A DNA stretch of 64,000 nucleotides from Octopus sinensis (GCF_006345805.1 NW_021835986.1:1-64000), one strand, 5' to 3'; counted from the stretch's first letter, positions 1-12,309 are shown. Notes: generated from the sequence alone by a model not told the origin. Made by a program: numbers and translations.

Positions 1-792
1 TACGATTGACTCAGATACGAATTTGGGTGCGGTCATGGTTCAATTTTATCAATCGATCGATTGATCAACTGAAAATATAAGGAATGACCCTGGCAATAAT
101 GCCTTCATCACAGCTACTAAAATAAGTAAATTACACAAGTGCTAAGTAAAAAGTGTAACCCCCCCAAAAAAACGAATTGAATCAAAGCAAAACAAAACAA
201 CAATAAAACAAAAAGGAAAATAAGAAAATGAAAATAAAATGGGAAAAGCAAGGGAATGAATGGATACATGGGAATAAAAAAAAACCAGAAAATAAAAGGA
301 ACATTTTCTTATCAAATAAGTTGAGAGAAGGCACAAGGAAAGGAGATCAGAGCTAAGAATCATGAACAAAAATATATAACGATCGATGACGAGATGAACA
401 CAGAATTCACGATACATGCCATTGAACAACTTCTAAAAACTGTTATTAAACCATGAGAAGACGTCTGTGAAACGGAAGATATTATTTCAGTACAACGATG
501 GGAAAACAATATCATTTTTTTCTTCAACTACGAATCACAATTCAAAAAAGACTACGCCTCAGACTACCCCTTAAAAAAAAATCCCAAATAAATACATTCA
601 CAGAAACCAATAATCGTACACCCAGATCAAACTTCCAACACAGACACACAAAACTATCCCACCACTGGGAAGCTAGCCACCACCACTTCCTTACAAAAAG
701 GAATCCCCCATTAATAGGAAATACCGATAAGAACCACCCAATAATAGGAAAAAAAAATAATAAACACCTCAGGACTAGGAATAATAATAATA

Positions 793-1091
793 ATCACGTG
801 ATCACGTGACCGACCAGACCATCAGATGTTGCTACACTTCGCTGGTCACAATGCGCTTCGCATTGTCTTAGCCTTCGAATGACGCCATCCCGCTGGCTAA
901 GCGAGCAGGCCAACAGAAGAAAGAGTGAGAGAAAGTTGTGGCGAAAGAGTACAACAGAGGTCGCCACCACCCGTGGAGCTTTTTAGGTGTTTTCGCTCAA
1001 TAAACACTCAGAACGCCCGGTCTGGGAATCGAAACCGCGATTCTAAGACCGCGAATCCGCTGCCCTAACCACTGGGCCATTGCGCCTCCAC
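793..1091 (-). mobile_element. tRNA-derived SINE family A, tail type 1, inserted in an (AAT)n array
   Basis: Reverse complement starts GTGGAGGCGCAATGGCCCAGTGGTTAGGGCAGCGGA..GGTTTCGATTCC (pol III A/B boxes) and ends ..GGTCGGTCACGTGATCACGTGAT; similar to 4621-4920, 45823-46133 and 46524-46830. Confidence 0.9.
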
Positions 1092-1095
1092 AATA

Positions 1096-1139
<44 letters not shown>

Positions 1140-1140
1140 G

Positions 1141-1222
<82 letters not shown>

Positions 1223-1225
1223 CAA
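1092..1225. repeat. (AAT)n/(GAT)n microsatellite
   Basis: Directly visible; source of poly-N/I/L ORFs. Confidence 0.97.
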
Positions 1226-1239
1226 TCAGTGTAGAGAGA

Positions 1240-3430
1240 TACAGGGACATGAGTTGGGACATATCTAAGGGGAGAAACCCAAAATAATCAATTTATGTAA
1301 GCAAACTCTCTCCACAACAAAAATCCATATTTTAGCTAAAGGTTTAAAATTTACACCCACTCCACGTAGACCCAACGCCAATGAAATTAAAGATTGATAT
1401 TACAGAATTCTGTAGAAAACTTCGATTGTCAGAAGCACTCACCAACTACAACATCGATGACGAATCGCTAGTGAAAAACAAAAGTAATTATCTACCACCC
1501 ACAGGAAGGAATAAAACACTAGGCGACTTCTGCAACCGTTTCTAGAATTTTCCCCACACTATCTATAAACCAAAAATTGTACCAAACTTCAACAATCTAC
1601 AATGGAAGCACCTATTACAACTAAAAAATGACTAAGACCTGACAATCAAAGAAGCAGACAAAGGTAATACTGTAGTCCTAATGGACACAGAATACTATAA
1701 AACCCTAGCATTGTCCACACTAGAAAATGACTCCTTTTATGAAAATACTCAAACATGGAAAAGACCTCACAGAAAAAGGGAAAAACTACATCACAAACTT
1801 CAAATGTAAACCAAGCCTTTTCTATGGCCACCCCTAAATCCACAAGAGTCAAATAATTACTAATGTCTGCAAATCAAACCCAGGTCTATACATAAATATC
1901 CCAACACTAGAAAACTTAAAATTAAGGACTAGTATTGCTGGCCCAACGTGTGAAATACACCGCCTAAGTAACTTTCTGGACATACTATTGAAACCTTTCC
2001 TCAAATACATTAACAGTTTCGTGAGAGATTATATGGACATGCTAGAGAATCTACCAAAAGCCACCACCGAAGAAGCTCTTTTAGTCTCCTTCGATGTCAT
2101 CAACCTCTACACTAACATTCCACATGACTACGGAATAGAGGCAATAAAATTCTGGTTAGAAAAATACCCCGAAGTTCTCTCGGACCGCATAAACCAGACT
2201 TTTGTCATTAAATTCCTGAAGTTCATCCTACGAAGCAATTACTTTCTATCCGATTATCATACTACCGCCAAAAATGCGACATTGCGATATGAACGAAAGC
2301 AGCGCCTGTCCTTGCGAACCTAATAATGTGTTTCTTTGAATCTACCCTATATGAATTTTCGCTCTAAAAATTTGGAACTGTATTCCACTAGTATATAAGG
2401 GAAAACTAGAAAAGGTACCTAGACGATTGTTTTATAATCTGGAATGAAACCTATGATTAACTCCTGGATTTCAAATCCACGCTGAACGATATAAACTCCA
2501 ACATCCAATTTACAATGGAATATAGCAAGGAACAGCTCCCATTTCTGGACATTTTGATTTAAAAAAAAAAGTCCAACAACGAAACTGCAACTGACATCTA
2601 CAAACCAACAACCACAAGACGGTATTTCCTTTTTAATTCAGACCATCCTAAGCACACCAAAATAAATATCCCATTCAATCTAGCAAAAAGGATCTGTACA
2701 ATTGTATCTGACACAACCATTAGAGAACTTTGCCTACAAGAACTCAAAATAACACTCACTCAACGTCAATATCCGCCCGCACATATAGAACATGGAATTA
2801 CACGTGCCAATAAGTTGGACATAAACACACTAAGGACAACAAAGCAAAACACCACACCTCACCTTAAAGCATTCCCATAAATATCAACCCACAACCCCAG
2901 AAACAATGAAGCATACAACACAATTATACAAAATCTCCCTCTGCTCACTCAAGACCCGAAAATGAACAGCATCCTAAATACATACAAATTACTAAAATGC
3001 AAAAGACAAGACAAATCACTCAAGAGACTCCTAATAAATGCAAAACTATATTCAATACATACGATACCAACAATTAAAAAATGCAGACGACCTAATTGTG
3101 GTACATGCCCACACCTAACTTGAAGGCTCGGAATTCACATTCCAGCAAGGACAATAATTCTTATTTAAGACCAACTTCACATGTGCTTCCCAGAACCTTA
3201 TCTATGAGCCTTACTTTGAGATGCAGAGTCACACTGCATAAAGAACAGATTCGTTTCCCTCAATACAGGCAGATAGCACTGAGCGGACATATCGACAGAT
3301 GCGCAAATAATGAAACGCCGAACTTTCATATCTTTCCATTATACCAATGCAAAGATTCAATCTCAGTACAAGAACGCCTAAACAAGGAAAACCTGTTCAT
3401 ACAATAGTACCGACCACACCTCAATATACA
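1240..3430 (+). mobile_element. Penelope-like retroelement (RT + C-terminal GIY-YIG region), frameshifted remnant
   Basis: ORF 1988-2323 has LVSFDVINLYTNIPHDYG; downstream frames give YLDDCF (~2417), LPFLDI (~2535), YKPT..RY..FNSDHPKHTKINIPFNLAKRICTIVS (2600-2710) and C-x3-C-x2-C (~3080-3110); N-terminal KGLKFTPTP at ~1338. Many stops and frameshifts. AT-rich 430-780 may be its 5' part, separated by a SINE. Confidence 0.9.
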
Positions 3431-3689
3431 AATTTGAAGATTTTAAAAATTATACTATGGAGCCAGTTGACCCCCTTGCCACCTGTTGCCTCCCTTGGTT
3501 CACTCTCTAGACTCATTATTATTTTTCAGACATCCAAAATGACGAGACCCCTTTGTCACCAGAATTGACTACTGTACAATGTCCCTTGAAAAACCAATTT
3601 AAATAGCGAAAACAGGTTGAACTTCATGACATCCATATAATATGTATATATTATATATTTATAAAAAGATATTAAACTATATGAAACGA

Positions 3690-3870
3690 AGGCATACGCG
3701 GAGTAGTTGAAAGAGAGGCGGCTGAAGAAGGGGAATTTTCTTGTGTTGTATGTCTTGTACTCTATTTTTTCGTTGTTTAAGAAAAATGACCAGTTCCTTG
3801 CTTTTGTGTTTATGTTTTCGTTTCTCATTGTGTTCGACGTTTTTTTTTTGAGTCCTGTACCCATATATGC
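3690..3870 (+). repeat. PLE-type terminal repeat, diverged copy of the end of the 4950-6450 repeat
   Basis: GAGTAG..CTGAAGAAGGGG..TTTTC..GTGTTCGACGT..GTCCTGTAC matches the reverse complement of 5020-5200; ends at (TA)n. Confidence 0.7.
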
Positions 3871-3876
3871 ATGTAT

Positions 3877-3918
<42 letters not shown>

Positions 3919-3944
3919 AAACACACACACACACATACATACAT

Positions 3945-4017
<73 letters not shown>

Positions 4018-4049
4018 CGGAAGGTTTGGAGATGATGTACAGGTATTAT

Positions 4050-4592
4050 ATATTAGAAAAATTGAGGTAATCAGATCAGATGGTTCATATTTGTAGATAT
4101 TATTTATATATTACATTTTTTACATATATATCATATCATTCGGATTAGCGCTTGCTCCCATTCTAGTGGGTTTTCAAATCAAATCAGTTGTGGGTAGTTT
4201 GAACCTTTTTATAGTTTCGTAGTAGTGGGTGAGGAGGAAGTGAGACAGAGAGAAAATATGTGTGTATGTGTGTGTGTGTGTGTGTGTGACCAACGGAAAT
4301 AAACACTTCTTCACTCTCAGATATAAATGCGCACACACACCACACACACGCACACACACACCACACACCACACACATATACACACATATTCTCTCTGTCT
4401 CACTCCTCCTCACCCACTACTACGAAACTATAAAAAGGTTCAAACTACCCACAACTGATTTGATTTGAAAACCCACTAGAATGGGAGCAAGCGCTAATCC
4501 GAATGATATGATATATATGTAAAAAATGTAATATATAAATAAATATCTACAAATATGAACCATCTGATCTGATTACCTCAATTTTTCTAATA
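4050..4592. repeat. Long inverted repeat (about 220-bp arms, about 100-bp GT/CA spacer)
   Basis: 4050-4272 is the reverse complement of 4372-4592 apart from a few 1-2 nt indels. Confidence 0.95.
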
Positions 4593-4620
4593 TTATATAT
4601 ATATATATATATGTATATAA

Positions 4621-4919
4621 CGTGGAGGTGCCCAGTGGTTAGGGCAGCGGACTCGCAGTCGTAGGATCGCGGTTTCGATTCCCAGACCGGGCGTTGTGAG
4701 TATTTATTGAGCGAAAACACCTAAAGCTCCACGAGTCTCTGGCAGAGGGGGGGTGATCCCTACTGTACTCTTTTACCACAAATTTCTCTCACTCTTTCTT
4801 CTGTTGACCTGCTGCCAGCGGGGTGGCGTCATTTGAAGGCTAAAACAATGCGAAACGCATTATGACCAGCGATGTGTAGCAACATCTGATAGCCTGGTCG
4901 GTCACGTGACGTGATCACG

Positions 4920-4920
<1 letters not shown>
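4621..4920 (+). mobile_element. tRNA-derived SINE family A, tail type 1
   Basis: GTGGAGG..CCCAGTGGTTAGGGCAGCGGACTCGCAGTCGTAGGATCGCGGTTTCGATTCC head; CACGTGAT tail; (TA)n on both sides. Confidence 0.9.
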
Positions 4921-4949
<29 letters not shown>

Positions 4950-4954
<5 letters not shown>

Positions 4955-6450
4955 TAAAAGAAATAAAACATATGCATATATATAAACATATATGTACGTA
5001 CTACCTCTACATGTACATATACACGCATATATGAGTACAGGACACCAAAGGGACGTCGAACACATAGAGAAACGAAAACATAGGCACAAACCAAAGGAAC
5101 AGGACATTTTTTTAAAAAACAACAAAAAATGGAGTACAGGACAGTTAACACAACGAAAATACCCCTTCTTCAGTCGCTAAGGTTTCATCTACTCTACGTT
5201 TCGAAGGATAAAAGCGGACGTATCTTCGACAAGAAACTTTCCTTCCTGCGAAAAGCAAATCAATTAAAATTCTGAGATCTTTTCGCAGAGGGGTAAAAAA
5301 TGGTAAAAACATGGTAAAAAAACGAGATAGTAACGACAGTACAAAAATATAAACAGTAAAAAAATATATATGTAAACAGTAAAAAAAATATATATATATA
5401 ACAGTAAAAGACAGGACAGGGAGAACAAGATAAGAAGGGCTGTTGACGCCGAACGAAAAAAGTATTGCAAACGCTGAATTTTTTGTGAACAACGAGAGAG
5501 CAGGAAAAGTCGTCCAGTAGCCTTAAAAGGCGGACGAGAAAGACCGTTAGCAGTTACGGCGGAAGTATCGTCGCAGATGGACGACGGGAATGGGGGAGGA
5601 GGAGCAAGAGGAAGGGAGAGAAGAAAGGGAATGGTGCGAGGAGACCATGAAAAATGGTGAGGGGGAGAGAGAGAATGAAGAATGAGAGAGAGAGGAAGAG
5701 ACAAGTTAAGTGAGGGAAAAAAGACGAAAAGGGATAGAAAGAAAGAAAGAAAGAAAGAAAGAGCAGAGTGCGCGTGAGGGTTAATATCAAGGCGAAACTT
5801 GATATACAGAACAATCTTACTTAAGAGGGTGCGTGCGTTTAGTCGTATAATATATTAATAAAAGAAATAAAACATATGCATATATATAAACATATATGTA
5901 CGTACCTACCTCTACATGTACATATACTCGCATATATGAGTACAGGACACCAAAGGGACGTCGAACACAATGAGAAACGAAAACATAGACACAAACCAAA
6001 GGAACAGGACATTTTTTTAAAAACAACAAAAACTGGAGTACAGGACAGTTAACACAACGAAAAAACCCCTTCTTCAGTCGCTAAGGTTTCATCTACTCTA
6101 CGTTTCGAAGGATAAAAGCGAGACGTATCTTCGACAAGAAACTTTCCTTCCTGCGAAAAGCAAATCAATTAAAATTCTGAGATCTTTTCGCAGAGGGGTA
6201 AAAAATGGTAAAAAAATGGTAAAAAAACGAGACAGTAACGACAGTACAAAAATATAAACAGTAAAAAAATATATATATAAACAGTAAAAAAAATATATAT
6301 AACAGTAAAAGACAGGACAGGGAGAACAAGATAAGAAGGGCTGTTGACGCCGAACGAAAAAAGTATTGCAAACGCTGAATTTTTTGTGAACGACGAGAGA
6401 GCAGGAAAAGTCGTCCAGTAGCCTTAAAAGGCGGGCGAGAAAGACCGTTA
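4950..6450 (-). repeat. Partial tandem duplication (about 600 bp, twice) of a T-rich PLE-terminal-type repeat
   Basis: 4950-5550 and 5850-6450 are near-identical and separated by a 300-bp unique spacer; (TA)n at both outer ends. PLE origin inferred from architecture and similarity to 3690-3870. Confidence 0.75.
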
Positions 6451-6489
6451 TATATATATATATATATATACACATATATAATAAGCATG

Positions 6490-6690
6490 TGTGTGTTTGT
6501 CTATGATTGTCCCCTACCACCGCTTGACGACTGGTGTTTAGCGGTTCAGCCAAAGACCGGTAGAATAAGTACCAGGCTTAAAAACGTACTGGGATCGATT
6601 CATTCGACTAAAATTAATTGCTCAAGGCGATGCCCCAGCATGGCTGTAGCCTAGTGACTGAAACAAGTAAAAGTACAAGATAAAGGACAA
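6490..6690 (+). mobile_element. SINE family C, 3' half
   Basis: CCACCGCTTGAC..TAGCGGTTC..TAGAATAAGTACC..CCAGCATGG..GACTGAAACAAGTAAAAG, shared with 52500-52700. Confidence 0.8.
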
Positions 6691-7025
6691 AAGCGGTGTC
6701 GCTGATTCCATAGTGATATCTAAATTGTTGGCTTATCCTTCATAATCCCAAACTTATAACTATGATACTTTTCCCCACTCTTGGTGTATATGCTTCCAAA
6801 AATTCCCTGCTCACATTGCTTACAAAAATATAATAGTAAATGCCAGAAGCCCCTGCCACTGATCTAACATAATTTTCAAAAATATAGTAGAAAACTCCAA
6901 AAGCCTACCACAGACTATAAAGAGGTTGTAGGGTGTCTAATTTCTTTACTGGATGTCAAACCTATTCACCAGTGGTAAGAGATAACAATAGCTTAAAGTT
7001 GATGGTGCTGTTACTGTTGCTGTGG

Positions 7026-7393
7026 AGCGAAGTGGTCTTCGTCTCAGAGCTCGCAAGATCGCGCCTCTGTAGTGGGAGAAGTCCGAAACATGGTCCTTTG
7101 CTTTTCGTAAGACCCGCAGAAGAGAAAGCAGGTCAACCCCCGACACCGAGAGCATCGACGGATGGATGAATGCGCATCCAGGTTCAGCGGTTGCGTAGGG
7201 AGTCGGGGATAAGAAACAGGAAAAAAGAGTGAGAGAAAGATGTACCGAAAGAGTACAACAGGGGTCACTACCACCCCCTGCTGGAGCCTCGTGGAGCTTT
7301 AGGTGTTTTCGCTCAATAAACACACACAACGCCCAGTCTGGGAATGGAAACCGCGAGTCCTCTGCCCTAACCACTGGGCCATTGCGCCTCCAC
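7026..7393 (-). mobile_element. tRNA-derived SINE family A, tail type 2
   Basis: Same head and core as family A but different tail (GGTTGACCTGCTTTCTCTTCTGCGGGTC..GACGAAGACCACTTCGCTC), shared with 28678-28963. Confidence 0.85.
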
Positions 7394-7739
7394 TTAACGT
7401 TGATGGCTAGAAGCAGGCGACCTAGTTCTTTATAAATGCTACACTGACCCTCTTGCATTATCTCTCTTATTTTCATTTCTTCTGTTTCTTAGGCAGTCGA
7501 TTTGCTTTCGCTCTGACGAAAGTATCATTGCCCTGATCGTTCCTTATATTTTAAGTCTATCAATCAATCGATTGATAAAATTGAACCATGAACGCACCCA
7601 AATGCATAGTAGTAACTGCTATAAGTCTGTAATAAATAATCTAATATTTCTGGCTATTTTATGTTTCACTCTATAAAAACATATCATCTTCACTGGGTAA
7701 CGCAACCATTAATTTACAAATTTGTCTGATGATGGACGA

Positions 7740-7960
7740 CGTCGGCTTTCGACTTCAGATGACCTGGATTATACGAGATTGAAGGGTGTCGCAAAGCGCT
7801 TGGTTGAGATACATCCTTCTGCGCCCTTCCACAGAACTAAAAAAAAAAACCGAAGAATCGCTGCAGTAAGTATGTGAATCTGAAATATGTTGAATAAAAT
7901 CATAATTAACTGATCCTACTGTATTTTCATTTAGCCATACCCAGGAACTTATAAGCAACC
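7740..7960 (+). mobile_element. Mariner-like transposon 3' end remnant
   Basis: Decayed C-terminus ..RCSKYVNLKYVE* followed by AATCATAATTAACTGATCC..CCAGGAACTT TIR-like end; homologous to 39500-39617. Confidence 0.65.
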
Positions 7961-7999
7961 TGCTTTTATTACCGATTACAGGATATTTATATATCAAAA

Positions 8000-8185
8000 T
8001 GTGACCGGGTGTGTACCGTTGGCGATTTTTTTCCTCCGTCTTCCTTTCTCTGGATCTTTCCTTTTCCTATGTTTCTGACGAAGAGTTCCGCTCGAAACGT
8101 AAAACCCTCCTTCTTCCCTTCCTTCCTGAGCGTCCAATAATACTATATTTGTTCCACGTCCTCGTGTTGTTGTGTTTTCATGTTT
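8000..8185 (+). mobile_element. Short PLE-end-like repeat family F1 carrying a minimal hammerhead motif
   Basis: High similarity to 11221-11425; ends ..TGTTTGGATTAAC|TATATA. Confidence 0.8.
8071..8105 (+). ncRNA. Minimal type-I hammerhead ribozyme motif (predicted GUA cleavage after 8101)
   Basis: GTTT-CTGACGA-A-GAG ttccg CTC-GAAA-CGTA-AAAC: helix I GTTT/AAAC, canonical core, palindromic ACGT in place of helix III. Confidence 0.7.
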
Positions 8186-8193
8186 GGATTAAC

Positions 8194-8247
<54 letters not shown>

Positions 8248-8277
8248 AAATATACATATATATATTTTCATATATAT

Positions 8278-8308
<31 letters not shown>

Positions 8309-8639
8309 CATCTATACACACACACACACACACACACCACATATATATATATATATGTATATATAATGTATATAAATATAAATACATATGGATTTAGGAC
8401 TTTTCATCTAAAACACTTCGGTCTAATGCAATATGGTCTAAAGACATTTTTATCTACACTCACTTTGGCCTAATAACTACTTTGTCTATAGAAGATCAAA
8501 AATAAAAACGTAAAAGATCTAAATAATTATACTCCAATAATCTTTTTGATTTCTAGACGAAAATTCTTAGGCGAAAGTGTCTTTAGACGAAAAGGCCTTT
8601 AGACAAAAGTACCTTAGACCAAAGTGCCGTATTCCATAA

Positions 8640-8656
8640 ATATATATGTACACACA

Positions 8657-8709
<53 letters not shown>

Positions 8710-8715
8710 CACACA

Positions 8716-8793
<78 letters not shown>

Positions 8794-8814
8794 CATATAC
8801 ATACATATGTATAT

Positions 8815-8866
<52 letters not shown>

Positions 8867-8903
8867 GTATGTGTGTATATATGTATGTATGTATGTATGT
8901 GTG

Positions 8904-8937
<34 letters not shown>

Positions 8938-8950
8938 TGTATGCATGTAT
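8640..8950. repeat. Compound (CA)n/(TA)n/(TATG)n microsatellite
   Basis: Directly visible. Confidence 0.97.
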
Positions 8951-8954
8951 GTGT

Positions 8955-9162
8955 GCGTATCTTTGTGACGGTGTTTGTCCCTTACCATCACTCACTTGGA
9001 AACCGGTATTGGCGTGTTTACGTCCCCGTAACCTAGCGGTTCAGCAAAAAGAACGATAAAAAACAAATACTAGTGTCTATTCATTCGATTAAAACAATTA
9101 TTCAAGGCAATGCTCCAGCATGACCGCAGTCTAATGACTGTAACAAGTAAAAGATAAGAGAC
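8955..9162 (+). mobile_element. SINE family C, 3' half
   Basis: GTTTACGTCCCCGTAACCTAGCGGTTC..CTCCAGCATGACCGCAGTC..AACAAGTAAAAG. Confidence 0.8.
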
Positions 9163-9179
9163 AGAAAATAAAGATATAC

Positions 9180-10020
9180 TCAACATAGTATATTCTCGAT
9201 AAGGCAACGTAGAGTTGCCCGTGTATAATTAGTGGTTTTGCTAAATGCAAATTAATCTAAAATGTCTGTCCTTACAGTTTATTATTTGTCAAGGCTATTG
9301 CTAATTTAATAGTAAATTGCTGTCTAATTAACGTAAATGATAACTTTACACCAACTGATGATAGAGTGGCTCTTGGAATAAACAAAGTTTTCCGTGTCAT
9401 GTGGGCCTTCAATCATAATTTTGCCTTAATGATTTTTGCATGAATATCTTGAATAGCTAAATGTGTACCATTACACATGCCATTAGCCCGGTTAATTGTA
9501 TGTCGGATGATAATTATATCATAAGTATTTAATTTTAATAGGTGTGATGGCAAAACCTGAAACGTTTAGTGTATTTAAGTACTCTGTAGTGAATTCTCAA
9601 GAGTTAGCCTGATGTGAACATTGATCTTGACTAAACAAAACATTTTCAACTCCTGGGAATATTTATAGTATTTCCTCATTAATAAGATCAGCATCAACAT
9701 TTTTGAGGTCATTGAAACCATGAACAATGTTACATCCCTGGCCCTTTAACAATTTCACTATTTATTTCTACTACTACAAAGCGACTTCCTACATGGGGTA
9801 CGAACTTGTTGAACTGAATCTGTTTATTCTGATGCTCTGAATTCTGTGCACAGGGGTTTTAGCCGCTTGTTTTCTCTCAGTTGATTTAAGTTTTTCTGTT
9901 TCCATAAAGAAGAATTATTGAAACTGCTGTCCACTACAAAGCAACATACAGCTGACCAAACTACAAAATGATTTATGTTTTGATTTAACAGAATTATTTA
10001 GTAAGGTGCTCGTTCAACTG
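9180..10020 (-). mobile_element. Helitron PIF1-like helicase C-terminal remnant, heavily decayed
   Basis: Minus-strand frames give EFTTEYLNTLNVSG, GMCNGT, LFIPRATL..SFTLIRQQFTIKLAIALTNNK and HGQLYVALSRI. Confidence 0.8.
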
Positions 10021-10789
10021 AAATACATTTTCTATTCACTTCAAGTTTATGATAATATTTCATTTAATCTTTCTCTTATATTTTGCATTAAGAAAGATGA
10101 GCTGAAACAATGACATTTTAAAATTTCATAAATTGAAAAATGTTTTCAATAAATGCAAAAATATATAAATTTCGGCTGACAATAAAAATGTATTTTTAGA
10201 GCATATGTAGAATTACATTTATCTATTGACTCCTAAGGTTTTTTAGGCTGGTACTTCTAACAGGTTTATCGGCCAACATATCTATGCTTGCGTGTTTTTC
10301 CTACATATAGCGATAAGAAATTGAAATTGAAAGCTTTAAATTTCAGAAAGTGAAACAATGCTTTCAGTGAATGTAAAAATACATACATTTCAAGCAATGA
10401 AGTATTTTTATGGGAGAGGGGGCGGGAAATACAGTTGTAGTTGTAAATTCTGTAAGCCTTAATTTCAGAGAGGAAAGAGAAAATATAATTTTAAAGAAAA
10501 AGAACTGATTATTGCTTTATTTAAAAGAAAAAAACAAAAAAGAGTGGAAACTTTAACGGAAATTACTGCCTGGATCGTTGAGTTTCTCTATATAGCTGTT
10601 GAACCTATTAGATATAGCAGTCAAACAATACTATCGGATGAAAATGTTAAACCGTTCATGTTAGACTATTAATCCGGACACATTTTTCTCTCTCTGATAT
10701 TTTCTTTCTCTCTCCATAATTACTCATCTCTTAAATATAGAACTGTATAGTAATATATTTTATGAGCTAATATAGTTTCATCCGAAGGA

Positions 10790-10930
10790 AATAATTCAGC
10801 ATTTTATAACATGCCTAGTGCCTTCATGCAAAGAGCGTAGGCTCGAAATGTCAAATACATTTCCATTCTTTTCGAGCGTCAAACTAATATACTTGCTTGC
10901 TGTTCCCTCACCTGTCTTTGTCTTTCTTTT
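10790..10930 (+). repeat. PLE-end-like repeat family F2 (degenerate hammerhead-like hairpin)
   Basis: AGAGCGTAGGCTCGAAATGTC..GAGCGTCAAACTAATA..CACCTGTC resembles 55800-55895. Confidence 0.55.
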
Positions 10931-10999
10931 GTTTTCTATAAAATTGAGCAATATATTATATGCGCTCACGTGGTCACTCAAATTTTATCCTGCCTGACT

Positions 11000-11152
11000 G
11001 AACTTCCTCCTGTTTTGCACTCTCATCTCTCCTACCTTCTCCAACTTTCGGTACTTCTCCTTATCCAAATTACTATCACTCCACCCGGATTACCACTGAA
11101 ACTTTGTACTTTTTCGCACTCTACCATCTTGGATTTTACTGTGTAATCTCGT

Positions 11153-11225
<73 letters not shown>

Positions 11226-11425
11226 ACCTCGTGTGTACCGTTGGCGATTTTTTTCCTCTGTCTTCCCTTCTTTGGATTTTTCCTTTTCCTATGTTTCTGA
11301 CGAAGAGCTCCGCTCGAAACGTTAAACCCTCCTTCTTCCTTCTTTCCTGAGCGTCCAATAATACTATATTTGTTCCACGTTCTCGCGTTGTTGTGTTTTT
11401 TTTGTGTTTTCTTGTTTGGATTAAC
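11000..11425 (+). mobile_element. Repeat family F1 copy, split by a (TA)n(GT)n tract
   Basis: 11221-11425 matches 8000-8185; ends GGATTAAC|TATATA; the upstream extent is less certain. Confidence 0.75.
11293..11327 (+). ncRNA. Minimal type-I hammerhead ribozyme motif (predicted GUU cleavage after 11323)
   Basis: GTTT-CTGACGA-A-GAGC tcc GCTC-GAAA-CGTT-AAAC. Confidence 0.7.
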
Positions 11426-11664
11426 TATATATATATGTATATATATATGTATATATATATATAGCCGCACACATATATTTACAACCAAGTGTATATACAT
11501 ACTTTCATGTACATGGTCATTTATCAACGAACATGTTCATTTATCAACTGGTCTACAAACCTAGTTCATCTACCACGTACCAGTTGTATAAAACTAGACT
11601 CACTTGCTAAGAGTAATGTGACTTTTAAGAGTGTTTAGGATGATGTAAAAGAATGGTCGACATA

Positions 11665-11750
11665 GGCGGAATTTGAACTCAGGATGTGAAGACGGACGAA
11701 ATACTGCAAAGCGTTTTGCCCGGCGTGCTAACTATTCTGCCAGCTCGTCG
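11665..11750 (-). mobile_element. SINE family B, head fragment
   Basis: Reverse complement GAGCTGGCAGAATAGTTAGCACGCCGGGC..CTGAGTTCAAATTCCGCC. Confidence 0.8.
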
Positions 11751-11786
11751 TCTTTGATAATAATGATGACAATGATGATAATGATG

Positions 11787-11818
<32 letters not shown>

Positions 11819-12309
11819 GATGATGATAAGATATAAATTAAGAAAAAGAAGAAGAAAACAACAAGAAGATGAAAATGCGAATCCTGCATATAATGAGATA
11901 AACACGGGGATAGAAAGCAAAAATTATATAAATCTAAAAAAAAAAAATTTATGTTTTAATTTTTTAAAACATCTTTTTGGTTTTTCTGATTCCAAATAAG
12001 GAACGACATCGCAAATTAAAAGATAGATTTCTTTAAGTATACCTTTCAACTATTTATCTTTGTCTTGAAATTTTTTTGGCTATATATTTCCATTTATTTT
12101 TCTTTCTTTGTAATATTGTTTTCATTTTCAATTTAATCAGGTACATTTTTTTCTTCTTTCTCTGCGAAACCAAATAGCTTTCATGTTAATGTTCGCATTA
12201 CAAACAATCTTGAGTTTACTAAGTCAAGAAAACTAGTTTTGAAGAAACAAGTAGCTGCTGTTAAACTCATTCTTAATCATAACAATGTAAATTTTCTTTC
12301 ATTATTTAT

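Noticed and set aside
5195-5240. Hammerhead in the tandem repeat (also 6097-6143)
   Set aside because: Core reads CTTGTCGA in both copies and no convincing helix I.
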